A DNA stretch of 62,570 bases, counting the filler, from Pirum gemmata (lineage: Eukaryota), in NCBI GenBank assembly GCA_002812295.1. It is 25 parts of 25 records of this genome, joined end to end, with 100 filler letters (N's around TTAATTAATTAA, not from the genome) between each part and the next. Parts side by side here need not be neighbours in the genome. Positions count along the whole stretch, not along the records: positions 1 to 2,256 come from PDIN01007378.1; positions 2,357 to 4,603 come from PDIN01007379.1; positions 4,704 to 6,981 come from PDIN01007380.1; positions 7,082 to 9,297 come from PDIN01007381.1; positions 9,398 to 11,674 come from PDIN01007382.1; 20 more parts are not named here. The stretch is one strand, 5' to 3'. Below the pieces are notes generated by a model that ran no database searches, had not been told where the DNA came from, and saw nothing but the letters and a program-made list of their open reading frames with translations. The translations under genes and the position numbers were made by a program. Shown here piece by piece: positions 1 to 11,182 of the stretch (positions are counted from its first letter, which is position 1; the number at the start of each line of letters is the position of its first letter).

Positions 1-196
1 AAAATACTAATAATAATAATAATAACAATAATAAATAATAAATAATAATAAAAAAATAAAAAAAAAAATTAAACTACATCAAAGTACTATCAAAGTTCAA
101 ACTTGTTGTAAACTGTATGTAGTTGAGAACTACAACAAACTGGCTGTGGTTCTCATGATTAATCATTGCAGACTAGTATCGATGTAATATTATATA

Positions 197-391
197 TATC
201 GTATTTTTCAGTTGTTTTGTCATCATAAAAATTTAATATACAATAAATAGTACCAAATTCATATAATATAAACCCATTTCATTTAATTTGGTATATCATA
301 TTATCTATTTATTCATTTGAAAATGTCAACTTAAATATTATAACCAACCAAATAAATATTCAGAGTCACAAAATAAATGAAAAGCACAATA
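197..391 (+). mobile_element. MITE family 1, full-length copy
   Basis: Both TIRs and the internal AAATAGTACCAAATT core are present. Confidence 0.88.
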
Positions 392-2256
392 CTATATAAT
401 ATATATTATATTGACAGCTAGATACCGGTAGTTATGAGTCTGACATTTAATAGTATATAAATAGAATAAATAGTATTATTTATTATATTACTTTTATACT
501 ATAGATTTATTTTAAAAAAAATATATTCGATAAAAAATAAAATTTTTAAAAAATGGAATAGGGATAAAGTAGATAAAGTAGCGTAGGGATAAAACATTAT
601 TTTATTTCTTTTTATTTATCAGAATCAATTCGGTTTAATAATAGTATCAATTTATCAGTTTATAATACTTTACTACTTACTACTATCGATAGTAGTTGTA
701 ATACAGTACTAATACTATTCCGTTTTTTTTTAAAATAATATCGTTCAAATAATAAAAAAAAACAAATAAAAAAAAAACAAATAAAAAAAAACAAAATAAC
801 GGTACGGTGGCTGGTGCATTTTTGCAGTATTTTTGCAGAGTATTTTTGCCCAAGTATTTGATCATTAATTGATATGAATCATATGATAGTTTCAATAATT
901 TATAAGCTGTTTCTTCAACTTTCTTGTGTTCGTTTGAATCGTTTCCCTTTAGAACAGTAATAATAATAATAATTCTAATAACTGTTTTATAAACAAGTTT
1001 TGTAATTGTAATTTGTAAACATGTACCAACCAATATGCTGAACCAACTATCACGGTATCACCTGATAGACTGAACCAACAATATAATATATAACTGTCTA
1101 TTACATTTAAAAAAAAAATTTTTTTATCTTTTTTACACAAAAAAAAACTGTTCAGCGTTGCTGCGTTGGTCCTGGAGACTACCTCACAAGAGTCGAAACT
1201 TTTTTTAGAATTTATTTATAAATAGACCCAGTCTACTTCTTACTCCTACTAGCTAGCTAGCTAGTAGCCTCTCCTAGCTAGCTAGCCGTCTACTTATGCG
1301 TATTATTATTATTATCATACATTTCTTCTTCAAGTCATTCTTCTATGAATATCATAATTGCTTCCTGACATCGTATACGTTTTAGAAAGCCAACTATTAT
1401 TATTATAACTATTATCGTGCTTTTCATTTATTTTGTCACTCTGAATATTTATTTGAAGAATAATATTTAAATTGATATTTTTAAATCAATATAATAAATA
1501 GGTAATAAAATATACCAAATATATCAAATGTATTTATATTGTATTTATTTGGTACTATTTATTGTATATTTCATCACTATATAACTTTAATTATAATTGT
1601 AATTGTAATGTTTTATTATTTATTATTATTATTTATTGTTATTATTATTTATTGTTATTATTATTTATTATTTCATTTTCATTTTCATTTTCATTTTCAT
1701 TTTAAAAGTTTTAAAAGTTTTTTTTTTAAATTTTAAAAAAATGTTTTTAAAAATAGACCCTCTAGCTCATATTGTACTATCTATGATATTATATTTACGT
1801 ATTGATGTTTTTGATAGTCACACGATGTAGGCTGCATGAGATGGACATTCGATTTTGACTTATATAACTCTATAACTATCTACCTATATAGCACTTTCCA
1901 GTTGTTTTGTCATACAACAAAGAGCATCCAAATTAAAACAATATAAATCCATTTAATTTAATTTGCTATATTTTATTATCTATTTATTCATTTAAAAATA
2001 TCAATTTAAAGGTTATAACCTACCAAACAAATATGCAGGGTGACTAGTCGCTGCCCCTCAATAAAAAATTATTGATATTATAGTAACAAGTTAAATATTG
2101 TGAGTACTTTTAAATAAATAAGTTAACGTGCTTTTCAGTTATTTTGTTGTCATAAAATATTCAATAAATAATACCAAATTAATACAATATAAATCCATTT
2201 CATTCAATTTGGCATATTTTATTATATATTTATTTTTTTAAAAGTATCAATTTAAA

Positions 2257-2356
2257 NNNNNNNNNNNNNNNNNNNNNNNNNNNNNNNNNNNNNNNNNNNN
2301 TTAATTAATTAANNNNNNNNNNNNNNNNNNNNNNNNNNNNNNNNNNNNNNNNNNNN
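2257..2356. other. Artificial contig linker N44-TTAATTAATTAA-N44 (24 copies, last at 60196-60295)
   Basis: Identical 100-nt spacer with stops in all six frames at 2257, 4604, 6982, 9298, 11675, 13981, 16326, 18649, 20999, 23326, 27195, 30499, 32818, 35194, 37539, 40816, 43160, 45516, 47862, 50237, 52583, 54933, 57299 and 60196. Confidence 0.99.
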
Positions 2357-2479
2357 TTATATTTTATATTTTATATTTTATATTTTATATGCTAATGTCT
2401 ATATAAGCCTAGTTAGCTATTAACTATTACCTAGTTTATTATACTTGTCTACCGTGTTATGTAACTTGATTACGTATTG

Positions 2480-3223
2480 TTAAAAAAGTTTTAAAGCATT
2501 AATAATTAATTTAAGTTCACTTAGAATTAAGTCGAAATTATTTCTTTCCACATGAAGAATTTCTATTTGATTATAAAAAAAGAATTTTGGTTTATGCTTG
2601 ACGAATTGTTTATACATTGTTTCCAAAGTTTGCAATCTACTTTTATCATGATGTGTCAATAAAGCTAATAAAGAAAATCGATTATTTAACTTAAAATTAG
2701 TATTATGTACTTGCATTCGTTTATGAATGTTTTTCGTTACTCCGAATTTAATAGCAAAAGTAGAATTATTTATTCCATAACCAATAAATCTATTTTTCTC
2801 AGTGTAAGATTTTCGTGCATCATCACCCATGTGTTGCCATAAATGTTCAAATGGAACTACAAACATGTAAAACCCTGGAGTTACAGGCATTAATTCAATA
2901 GTAAAATTTATTTTTGAATAAAAGACACTTGTTTCCTCCTTTAAAAAACCTTCAAAATTCATTTTATGAGGGTTTGACTCTTCGTCAGAGGTTTGTTCAT
3001 TTACATTCTCTTCAGTATCAGTACTATTAGACTCCTCATTACGCAAATGTTCACATGTTTCTTCATCATCAGACTGCTCTTCTCCGTCACCAATAACTTC
3101 AATAAATTCATCATCATAAACTAAATCTTTTAGGCTGTACTGGCGATAAACATCTCTCTTTTGCTTATTCCTACAATTGTGGAACGCTCTAATAATGCCG
3201 CTACCAGTATTACTAATTATCAT
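2480..3223 (-). CDS. T5orf172/MUG113 (GIY-YIG-like) domain protein of NCLDV type, probably 5'-interrupted by the Fanzor element
   Basis: Intronless 247 aa. Acidic linker, then PGFYMF...AIKFGVTKNIHKRMQVHNTNF...LETMYKQ...IEIL, matching the KxG.t.....R...H...E pattern of this family. The ATG lies inside omegaRNA hairpin 3. Confidence 0.65.
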   Translation of the reverse strand: MIISNTGSGIIRAFHNCRNKQKRDVYRQYSLKDLVYDDEFIEVIGDGEEQSDDEETCEHLRNEESNSTDTEENVNEQTSDEESNPHKMNFEGFLKEETSVFYSKINFTIELMPVTPGFYMFVVPFEHLWQHMGDDARKSYTEKNRFIGYGINNSTFAIKFGVTKNIHKRMQVHNTNFKLNNRFSLLALLTHHDKSRLQTLETMYKQFVKHKPKFFFYNQIEILHVERNNFDLILSELKLIINALKLF

Positions 3224-3306
3224 ATCGAATAACTAGTAATACTGAACATGTATTCTTATCGTCAACATGTTTTTAATGAGTCCTAGCAAGACCCATGACA
3301 TTTGAA
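3198..3306 (-). ncRNA. Putative Fanzor omegaRNA scaffold (guide predicted at ~3197-3178)
   Basis: Lies directly 3' of the Fanzor stop. Minus-strand hairpins: ATGGGTCT-TGCTA-GGACTCAT (3296-3276), AACATGT-13nt-ACATGTT (3271-3245) and CAGTATTACTAGTTAT-8nt-ATAATTAGTAATACTG (3244-3205). The tail GTAGCGG follows, and its TAGCG can pair with the loop TGCTA as a pseudoknot. Confidence 0.8.
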
Positions 3307-4522
3307 TTAACAACTATCATTTTTTAGTTTAACATTTCTACTACCATGAACGTCTCGTGGTATTAGCAACTTACATGGGCTACAACAATAAAATCTTCTG
3401 TTTTGAGAATTGGTAAAACAGTTTTTTTTGTCGTTTACACCACAAGAAGGACAATTAATAGTAGTAAATTCTTCAGTACAATCAATAACTTTGGTTTTCA
3501 GTTTTGATTTTAATCTCATTTTAAATTGATAATGTCTTAAACCTAATAATTCTGTTTTAGTAGATCTATTAAGAGAATTTTTCTTACCTTTTCTTACCAT
3601 TTTTTTAGTTTCAAAGGTAGGAAGATAGATAGTTTGAAAGTTATCCAACCAAATAACACTTTTATAATGAAGTTCATCCACTAGATTATTGTACTTATAC
3701 ATGTAATGTTTGTATTTTCGTTTGTATTTAGATTTTTTCAATTTTCCGTGGTCCTTCAGACTCTGAAGTTTACTTAGCTTAGATTTTATCATTTTCAACC
3801 GTTGGTTATCTTGTTGAATATTAAATGTGATGTTATCGTTAAAACCCACCATAAAAGTTCTAGAGCCAGGATCTAATCCGGTAGTACCATTAAAAACAAA
3901 ATCTAGGTCGGGGTCATCACGCTCATCGCAATGGAATACATGTAAGAACCAATGATTATTGTTATAAGTTACTTGTATTTCATTTAATGCACCTTTCAAT
4001 TTGTTTATATCTTTCTTTTTGACTAACTTAATAAATCCTGTTGTTTTTTGTGGGTAAATTTGAACTTTGTTATTAGTTATTTTAATTGAGGTAGTGGCGA
4101 TTCCTTTTAAAGCATAATACATTTTCTTCTTTCTACTTCTAAATTTCATTTTAAAACCATTGTTATGATTCCTTATAAAATTTGTGTTGGCAGCTTTATA
4201 CCCGGTTAAAAGATCTTTTATAGTAGCAGCTCTAATATCTTTAGGAGTTTCACATTCAAAATTTTCAACTAATTTGTTTTCAATACCACTCCTCGATTTT
4301 TTCGTTACTAATTTATTTCTTAGATCTTGAAAGTTTAATTTTGTATTATTATTGTTTATATAATTTAATGTTTTGTTATAAACATATCTATTAGTATGAA
4401 ACCAACCTAGTAGTGATTTTCGGAGACCATTTGTTGGCTTAAATCGTATTTTATATGTACCACAAATAAATGATTGCGGATTGAAGAGCTTATTCAATGA
4501 ATAGTAATAACAATCATTATTT

Positions 4523-4559
<37 letters not shown>

Positions 4560-4602
4560 CATTATTTAGTCTTGAGTAGTTATTATTATTATTATTATTA
4601 TT
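3307..4602 (-). CDS. Fanzor2 (eukaryotic TnpB/IS607-type RNA-guided endonuclease), 5'-partial
   Basis: N-terminal TYKIRFKPT...WFHTNRYVYNKTL (TnpB HTH/REC start). RuvC-I GLDPGSRTF (D codon 3871-3873). Rearranged RuvC-II: IYLPTFE has Pro at the canonical Glu position, then HYQFKMRLKSK and the alternative Glu in CTEEFTT (3469-3474). Zinc finger CPSC...CSPC. RuvC-III RDVHGSRNV (D codon 3352-3354). The track start at 4497 is a TTG; the frame stays open through poly-Asn to the contig edge at 4603. Confidence 0.93.
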
Positions 4603-5019
4603 ANNNNNNNNNNNNNNNNNNNNNNNNNNNNNNNNNNNNNNNNNNNNTTAATTAATTAANNNNNNNNNNNNNNNNNNNNNNNNNNNNNNNNNNNNNNNNN
4701 NNNGTCGTCATGAAAAAAATAATAAATAGTACCAAATTAATACAATATAAATCCATTTAATTTAATTTGGTATATTTTATTATATATATATTGATTTAAA
4801 AAATTCAATTTAAATATTATAACCCTCCAAATAAATATTCAGAGAGACAAAATAAATAAATGAAAGGCACGATATAGGTTTAGAGGAGAGTTTGCGGAAA
4901 AAATGAAAATCAATAATATGCGTGAGATCGAATATGACATGTGTTTTAGAATGTGTTGGGAAATTCCTTAGAAAAAAAAATAACGGGGTCAAAAGAAAAA
5001 TTCGTCTTTTCCGACTTCT

Positions 5020-5926
5020 CTCACAACGGCGGTCAGTTTGGTGATGCATGTAAAGTGCTTGTAAAGTGAATAAAGGTTTTGGTGAGAATATTATGATAAC
5101 TTATAATATCAATGGTTCGGAAAAAGATATTGTGCCATCCAAATGGGGTAAGAAATTCATGAATGATTTGTCTTAACGGGAAAATTATGCTGCCTTTTAT
5201 AATTTGCCAAGCATATTATTATCTGGACAAATAAGACCACAATGCACAAAAAGAGGTGTCGAAGGTGAAGGTTTAAGTAATCCTTCCACTGCTGTACATT
5301 TAACCCAAGTAGTAAATCCTAAAACTTATAAAGTGGGATGTTACGGAGTAGCGGGAATTTTAATCTGTAATTATCAAGAAGCTAATATTCGTAAGTTCAC
5401 GCCAGGTACCTTGGACGGATCGAAGAAATGCCCAGCAAGTAAAACAAAGAACCTTACCACTAAACTGCGTAGAAGAGATGGCTACAATGGTTTTGTTGTT
5501 AAACCTCCGGTGATACCTTTACTAACAGCTAAGGTTATTCCTACTGAATTAAGAAATCTACCACTCCCACCACAAAAACAAACTGGACCACCAAGCTCAT
5601 CAACAGGGGTTAACCCACCCGCACGTGGTAACCCCACACCACCAAGCCCATCAACAGGTGGTAACCCACCCCAACTACCAATAGGGTAACCCACCCCCAC
5701 TACGAAAAACAGGCGTGTGGGTATCACCGTACCACCAAGCCCATCAACAGGTGGTAACACACCCCCACTACCAAAAACAGGCGTGGGGGTTCCTTCCCGT
5801 AATCAATTACCTCCGAGTACTGGTAGCCCTCATAACAAGACCAGGACTAGTACTGGTAGTTACGTAGCAGCTAAAATTGCTATTGTTGCATTTACCTTTG
5901 CTCTTAACAATATTAATGTTTTGTAA
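5020..5926 (+). pseudogene. Disrupted CAP (SCP/PR-1) domain protein with Pro/Thr-rich stalk and GPI-like tail
   Basis: GFGENI near 5075 and HLTQVV...KVGC...ILICNY..ANI in ORF 5204-5689. PPSPSTGGN repeats continue after a frame break at 5689 into the hydrophobic end AAKIAIVAFTFAL. Stops lie upstream of 5204 and a MITE sits at the 5' side. Confidence 0.65.
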
Positions 5927-6256
5927 ATGTTATAGATTTTAATGTATTTTATACCGATTATTATAATAATATAGCTATTTTAATTTAACCGATTTTATAG
6001 AAAAATATTATATTATTATTATTATTGTTGTTGTTATTATGAAATTTATACCTTTACTAATATTTTACTTTTTTAATTAATTTTATTGTTTACTAGTACT
6101 GTGATAAATAATACGTAAATGAAAATTATTATGAAAGTATTAAAAATTAATAAAAAGTATTTTATTTTTAATTAATTTCATTGTTTACTTATAGCTGGTT
6201 ACCCAAAATTTATAAAGTAAATAATTCGGTTGATATTTGGGTTTAGGACAAAGGAT

Positions 6257-6739
6257 TTATCTAAGACGTTTACAACCATTTTTACCATATAATAGCATAG
6301 CACCGCTTCCAGGATGATGCCAAATCTCACATTTTTTATTTCGATTTAAGCCATATGCCACACAATGTTTATCATTTTGGCATGATTTTCTGCATTTACC
6401 TGAGTTATTCACTGAATTATCATCATAATGCATCAGTCCGGGTAAAAATTCTGATGGCTTTTTTATGCGATCACCGCTATGATATATTAAGGTACAGCTA
6501 AAGTCATAGCTCAATTGCTTACACTTACCTGTTTGTTCAATACAATATTCATCTGTTTTGCAGTCGCTATCTTGATTACATTGCCCAGCTTTATTTATTT
6601 TGTAACAGTCACCTAAAGAACCAGAACCACTCCCAATACAAACCTCATCACTAGAACATTTTCCTTTATTGCATGGTGGTGGAGAAAGTGCGTTAACAAA
6701 AGAAATTAATAAAACGATCCTGGAAAATAGCTTGAACAT
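6257..6739 (-). CDS. Small secreted Cys-rich protein with a C-terminal PAN/Apple-like domain
   Basis: Signal peptide MFKLFSRIVLLISFVNA; two C-x(2-5)-C-x(4-5)-C modules; CRKSCQNDKHCVAYGLNRNKKCEIW fits the Apple pattern. Confidence 0.75.
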   Translation of the reverse strand: MFKLFSRIVLLISFVNALSPPPCNKGKCSSDEVCIGSGSGSLGDCYKINKAGQCNQDSDCKTDEYCIEQTGKCKQLSYDFSCTLIYHSGDRIKKPSEFLPGLMHYDDNSVNNSGKCRKSCQNDKHCVAYGLNRNKKCEIWHHPGSGAMLLYGKNGCKRLR

Positions 6740-6875
6740 TTGTTTGTTTTTTTGTTATTACTGTATTATTTTTGCTTTTGTTGCTTTTATTATTGTTGTT
6801 TTTGTAGTAGTCTTTTGTAATATATACTTATTTTGTTTTTGTTTTTGGGTAGTTAATTTTGGTATTTTTATTTTT

Positions 6876-6919
<44 letters not shown>

Positions 6920-7081
6920 CTTGCTCCGGATAGTGGCGTACAGAATTTTAATTAGTAAGCGAACTTCGCCAAAACAAAATTNNNNNNNNNNNNNNNNNNN
7001 NNNNNNNNNNNNNNNNNNNNNNNNNTTAATTAATTAANNNNNNNNNNNNNNNNNNNNNNNNNNNNNNNNNNNNNNNNNNNN

Positions 7082-7113
<32 letters not shown>

Positions 7114-7704
7114 TCTTCCCTCAGTATATTATTATTTCACATTCTATTTTACCAGATAAATTTTTTGTGATTTTTCGGAAGCAATTGAATTTTTTTTTTA
7201 AAAAAAAAAAATAATTTTTAAAAAATAAGTAATAATTCATCGCTTGGATTAAAAACTATTTTTAACAGCGGAGCCGGATAAAACTGTAGAAATCTTTTTT
7301 TTTTTTTTTCTAAAAACCTTTAATGTTAAGTTCTTAGCTAGCCAAATTATTTTTAAAAACTAGCAATTGGTTCATAATACAGTTTTTACAATTAAACTAT
7401 TGCTCAAAATTTGGTAGTAATTATATTTAAATTGTATCAATTTAAGTTTTTTTAGATTTTTGAGCTCATATGACGGATGTCGCCATTTTTATCCAACTTG
7501 GTAGTTAAAAAATAATTACCATATTCTACCCATAAGACTAGTATTCGTTTTTATTTAAAGTTCGATCTGATATAATTGTTAATGAGTTTGAAAGTTTTTA
7601 TTTTTCGAACGGAGGTTTTTTAAAACCTTTTTTTTCCTGCAAAAATTCTACCCCGTTAAAAAGCGGACTATGATCTGATAATATTTAATATGGCGCAAAA
7701 AGTT

Positions 7705-7842
7705 TAAAAACACCCAACTTTCGGATTTCACTAGAATTTTAATTTACTTTGAACATTAAGTATTTAATAGGTTTGAAATTTTCGAATATATATAAAAAAA
7801 AAAACGGGCCTTTTAATTAGTAAAAAAAGTTGGGTGTTTTTA
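7705..7842 (+). mobile_element. MITE family 4; diverged relative at ~22996-23145
   Basis: Perfect 17-bp TIR TAAAAACACCCAACTTT / AAAGTTGGGTGTTTTTA. Confidence 0.78.
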
Positions 7843-8683
7843 GATAAACAATAATAATAATTTATATATCAATATATGATAATAAGTTGAAATGGTTTTT
7901 TTATGTTTTCTCTTATCGAGCTATAATAATAATTAAGCTCGATTCGATTAAAGTTTAAGTTAGATTTATAATAATAATAATAATAATAACAATTGGTTGA
8001 AAATTCATTTATAATGGTTATCAATTATCCAATCACATTATCGTGCTTTTCGCATAAAATATACAATAAATAGTACCAAATTAACACAATATAAATCCAT
8101 TTTATTTAATTTGGTATGTTTTATTATTTATTTATTTATTTAAAAAGTGTCAATTTAAATATTATAAACGGCCAAATAAATATTCGGAGTAACAAAATAA
8201 ATGAAAAGCAACAATAAAAGAAAAAAAAAAAGTATATTGAACGCTAAAAATTAATTCGAGCTACAAGTAAATTCGAAACTGAAATATAAAACGAATCAAG
8301 GATTACGGGAAAACATAATCAAATCAAACAGCTCTCGAATCTAATTATTAAATAATGACAATTTTTGAAATGATATAAGTGAGTCAATACTTAAAATTAG
8401 ATCGAAAAATTTTGTAAGTTTCGAGCTGGTATCGATTTGATTATAAAAATCAATGATTGAGCGAAAACTTGCGAAAAATGACTTTTTGAAACAAAAAAAA
8501 AAAAAAAAATTCTTCATAACATCATTCATTATAAACATTTATATTTTGTTGCCAGAATGTCATTTTAAGCTCATAAAAGCTAAACTAAAGCAAAAAAAAG
8601 CAAATCTAGACTATCTAGAATACCTAATTATAATTGGGTGAAATTATGTTCATTATTGATTAATTTGGATTTTTTTTTATACA

Positions 8684-8751
<68 letters not shown>

Positions 8752-8796
8752 CATGGCCATTTTTCCTCTTTGTGTAAAAAATTTGCTTTGATGGTG

Positions 8797-8868
<72 letters not shown>

Positions 8869-8939
8869 NNNNNNNNNNNNNNNNNNNNNNNNNNNNNNNN
8901 NNNNNNNNNNNNNNNNNNNNNNNNNNNNNNNNNNNNNNN

Positions 8940-8998
<59 letters not shown>

Positions 8999-9526
8999 AT
9001 AATTATCATTGTTGTTATTGTTAATTTGTTATTGTTATTAATTTTGTTATAATATTGTTATTGTTATTGTTATTGTTACTGTTATTGTTAATTTGTTATT
9101 GTTATTGCTATAGTTATTGTTAATTTGTTATTGTTATTAATTTTGTTATAATATTGTTATTGTTATTGTTATCGTTACTGTTATCGTTAATTTGTTATTG
9201 TTATTGCTATTGTTATTGGTATTATTATTTTATTGTTATTATTGTTGTTATTGTTATTGTTATTGTTATTGTTATTGTTATTGCTATTGCTATTGCTNNN
9301 NNNNNNNNNNNNNNNNNNNNNNNNNNNNNNNNNNNNNNNNNTTAATTAATTAANNNNNNNNNNNNNNNNNNNNNNNNNNNNNNNNNNNNNNNNNNNNAAA
9401 AAAAAAAAAAAAACTATGCTACTATTAAAAAAAAGTTAGAGATAGTAATAGCAGTTGTTTTATAATAAACTTATATTATAATTAGTTACTTAGTAATTGT
9501 AGCATAATATTTATATTTAATAAACC

Positions 9527-9565
<39 letters not shown>

Positions 9566-10445
9566 TGAAATCCTAAGTAAAAAGAAGAATTATATCATTA
9601 TAGATTAGTTTTTATTATCATTCATGATATTTATTGCAGGTCATTAATAGTGTTGTTGTATTAAGTGTTCTAGTACTAAGTAGCCTAGTTTAATCTTTTT
9701 TTCAAAGGAGTATAATATTAGTAAAGTATTCAATGTTTTTACTGCTATAACTACCTACCTACTCTAGTTCTAAATTAAAGGAGTTATTTTAATCAGGTTG
9801 CTATAAATAATATTTTCATAATTATTATCATTACAGTATATAGTTTAGCTAAACTATATACATATTAAGGTATTATTATGATGTACATATAATAATATTA
9901 TATCATTACAAAAACAGTGCAAAAACTAACCCCATAAATCTCTTGCCAAAAGACCATCGAACAGACTGTGGATGGAAACTATGGAAACGGGAATTATGGT
10001 CATTCATGTTTTCATGTTTTGTAAATTATGATATCGATAAACAGGATACATACACACTGTAAGCTCATTATAGTTTCTTTATATTTTATTAATTCTATTG
10101 TACGTATTGTACGTATTTCATTAAAAATATATGACTGTTATTTGGCGGTATTTTGTATCATAGTTCATTTATTACAATTATAGTACAATTATACTACAAT
10201 TATTGTCTTTTTCTCTTTCTGGGATTTTTTTTTTTATTTTTTTTTTTTAACTGGAAACTCGAATTTTTGAATTTTTTCGTTAATGAGTATTATTAATACA
10301 TCGCTGTTACACTATCTACTTACTACTATTGATATTACTATCATATTAATAAACTATCAATATTGACTATCATTATATCGATAGTAAAAATATTATAATG
10401 ATGGTTTATTTATTATTCTAAACATTTAATGATTTTTTTTAACAG

Positions 10446-10679
10446 CCACGCCGGATAAATTGCAAAATCCGCCATATGAGATCAAAATCTGACAAAATCT
10501 TAAACCCCTCCAATTTTAATGAAAGTAACATCCAAATTGTCAGAAATATTCTATCAAATAAAAACTCTATTATGAACCAATGATCAGTTTTTAATAACAA
10601 TTTGGCTAGTTAGACTATCTTTTAGAAAAGAAGTCTAAAAAAATGAGAAAAAGATTTTTACAGTTTTATCCGGCAATGG
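10446..10679 (+). mobile_element. MITE family 5; inverted copy at ~7268-7501, fragment at ~20460-20562
   Basis: Ends GCCGGATAAA / TTTATCCGGC; shared internal AAACTCTATTATGAACCA. Confidence 0.75.
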
Positions 10680-10877
10680 AAATTTTTTTTAAAAAAAAAT
10701 AAAAAATGAAAAGATCAAAGCATCGAATATTAAGGAGCATCCCACTATTTTCATATTTAGTAGTATATAAACTTTATTTGGTAAATATTAATCGTAAATA
10801 AATAGTGTCCAAAAAAAAAAGACTCCAAATTCCAAATTTTGAAAGGGACACTAATTGCAACGAGATCTGACGTGTCT

Positions 10878-11014
10878 GCCGTTCAAATAATACGTCACGT
10901 CAAGGGGTAGGTAGGTAGGTGTTATTTGACCAGAAATTAACGTCGAGGGGTAGGTAGATAGGGGTATTTGAAGCTGTATTTGACTGGAAATTGGCCTTAC
11001 GTAGTATTTGAAGC
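10878..11014 (+). mobile_element. MITE family 2 (GGTA-repeat core); relatives at 24773-24901 (-), 25772-25843 and 23426-23639
   Basis: Imperfect TIR TTCAAATAATACGT / ACGTAGTATTTGAA; shared internal TTTGACC.GAAAT.A.CG.CGAGG. Confidence 0.75.
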
Positions 11015-11072
11015 TAGCTACTACTAGCTAGAGCTAGCTAGCTAGACTAGCTAGCTTTATTACTGGCTACAG

Positions 11073-11182
11073 TAGCTAGCTATCGATACACCTAGTAGCT
11101 AGCTATCGATACACCTAGTATGATAGCTAGCTATCGATACACCTAGTATGATAGCTAGCTATCGATACACCTAGTAGCTAGC
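11073..11182 (+). repeat. Minisatellite TAGCTAGCTATCGATACACCTAG, 4 copies
   Basis: Read directly. Confidence 0.9.

Noticed and set aside
683..1140. ORFs of 116 and 63 aa
   Set aside because: Non-ATG starts, low-complexity ends and no recognisable motif.
3307..4497. Bacterial TnpB or Cas12f contaminant
   Set aside because: The Fanzor-type rearranged RuvC-II, in-frame poly-Asn and host-like microsatellite flanks argue for a eukaryotic element, and there is no CRISPR array.
8638..9345. Homopolymeric ORFs (poly-V/L/C/T/N), and similar ones at 13036, 30239, 36493, 37792, 49239, 56554 and 60422
   Set aside because: They are translations of microsatellites, telomeric repeats and N-gaps.
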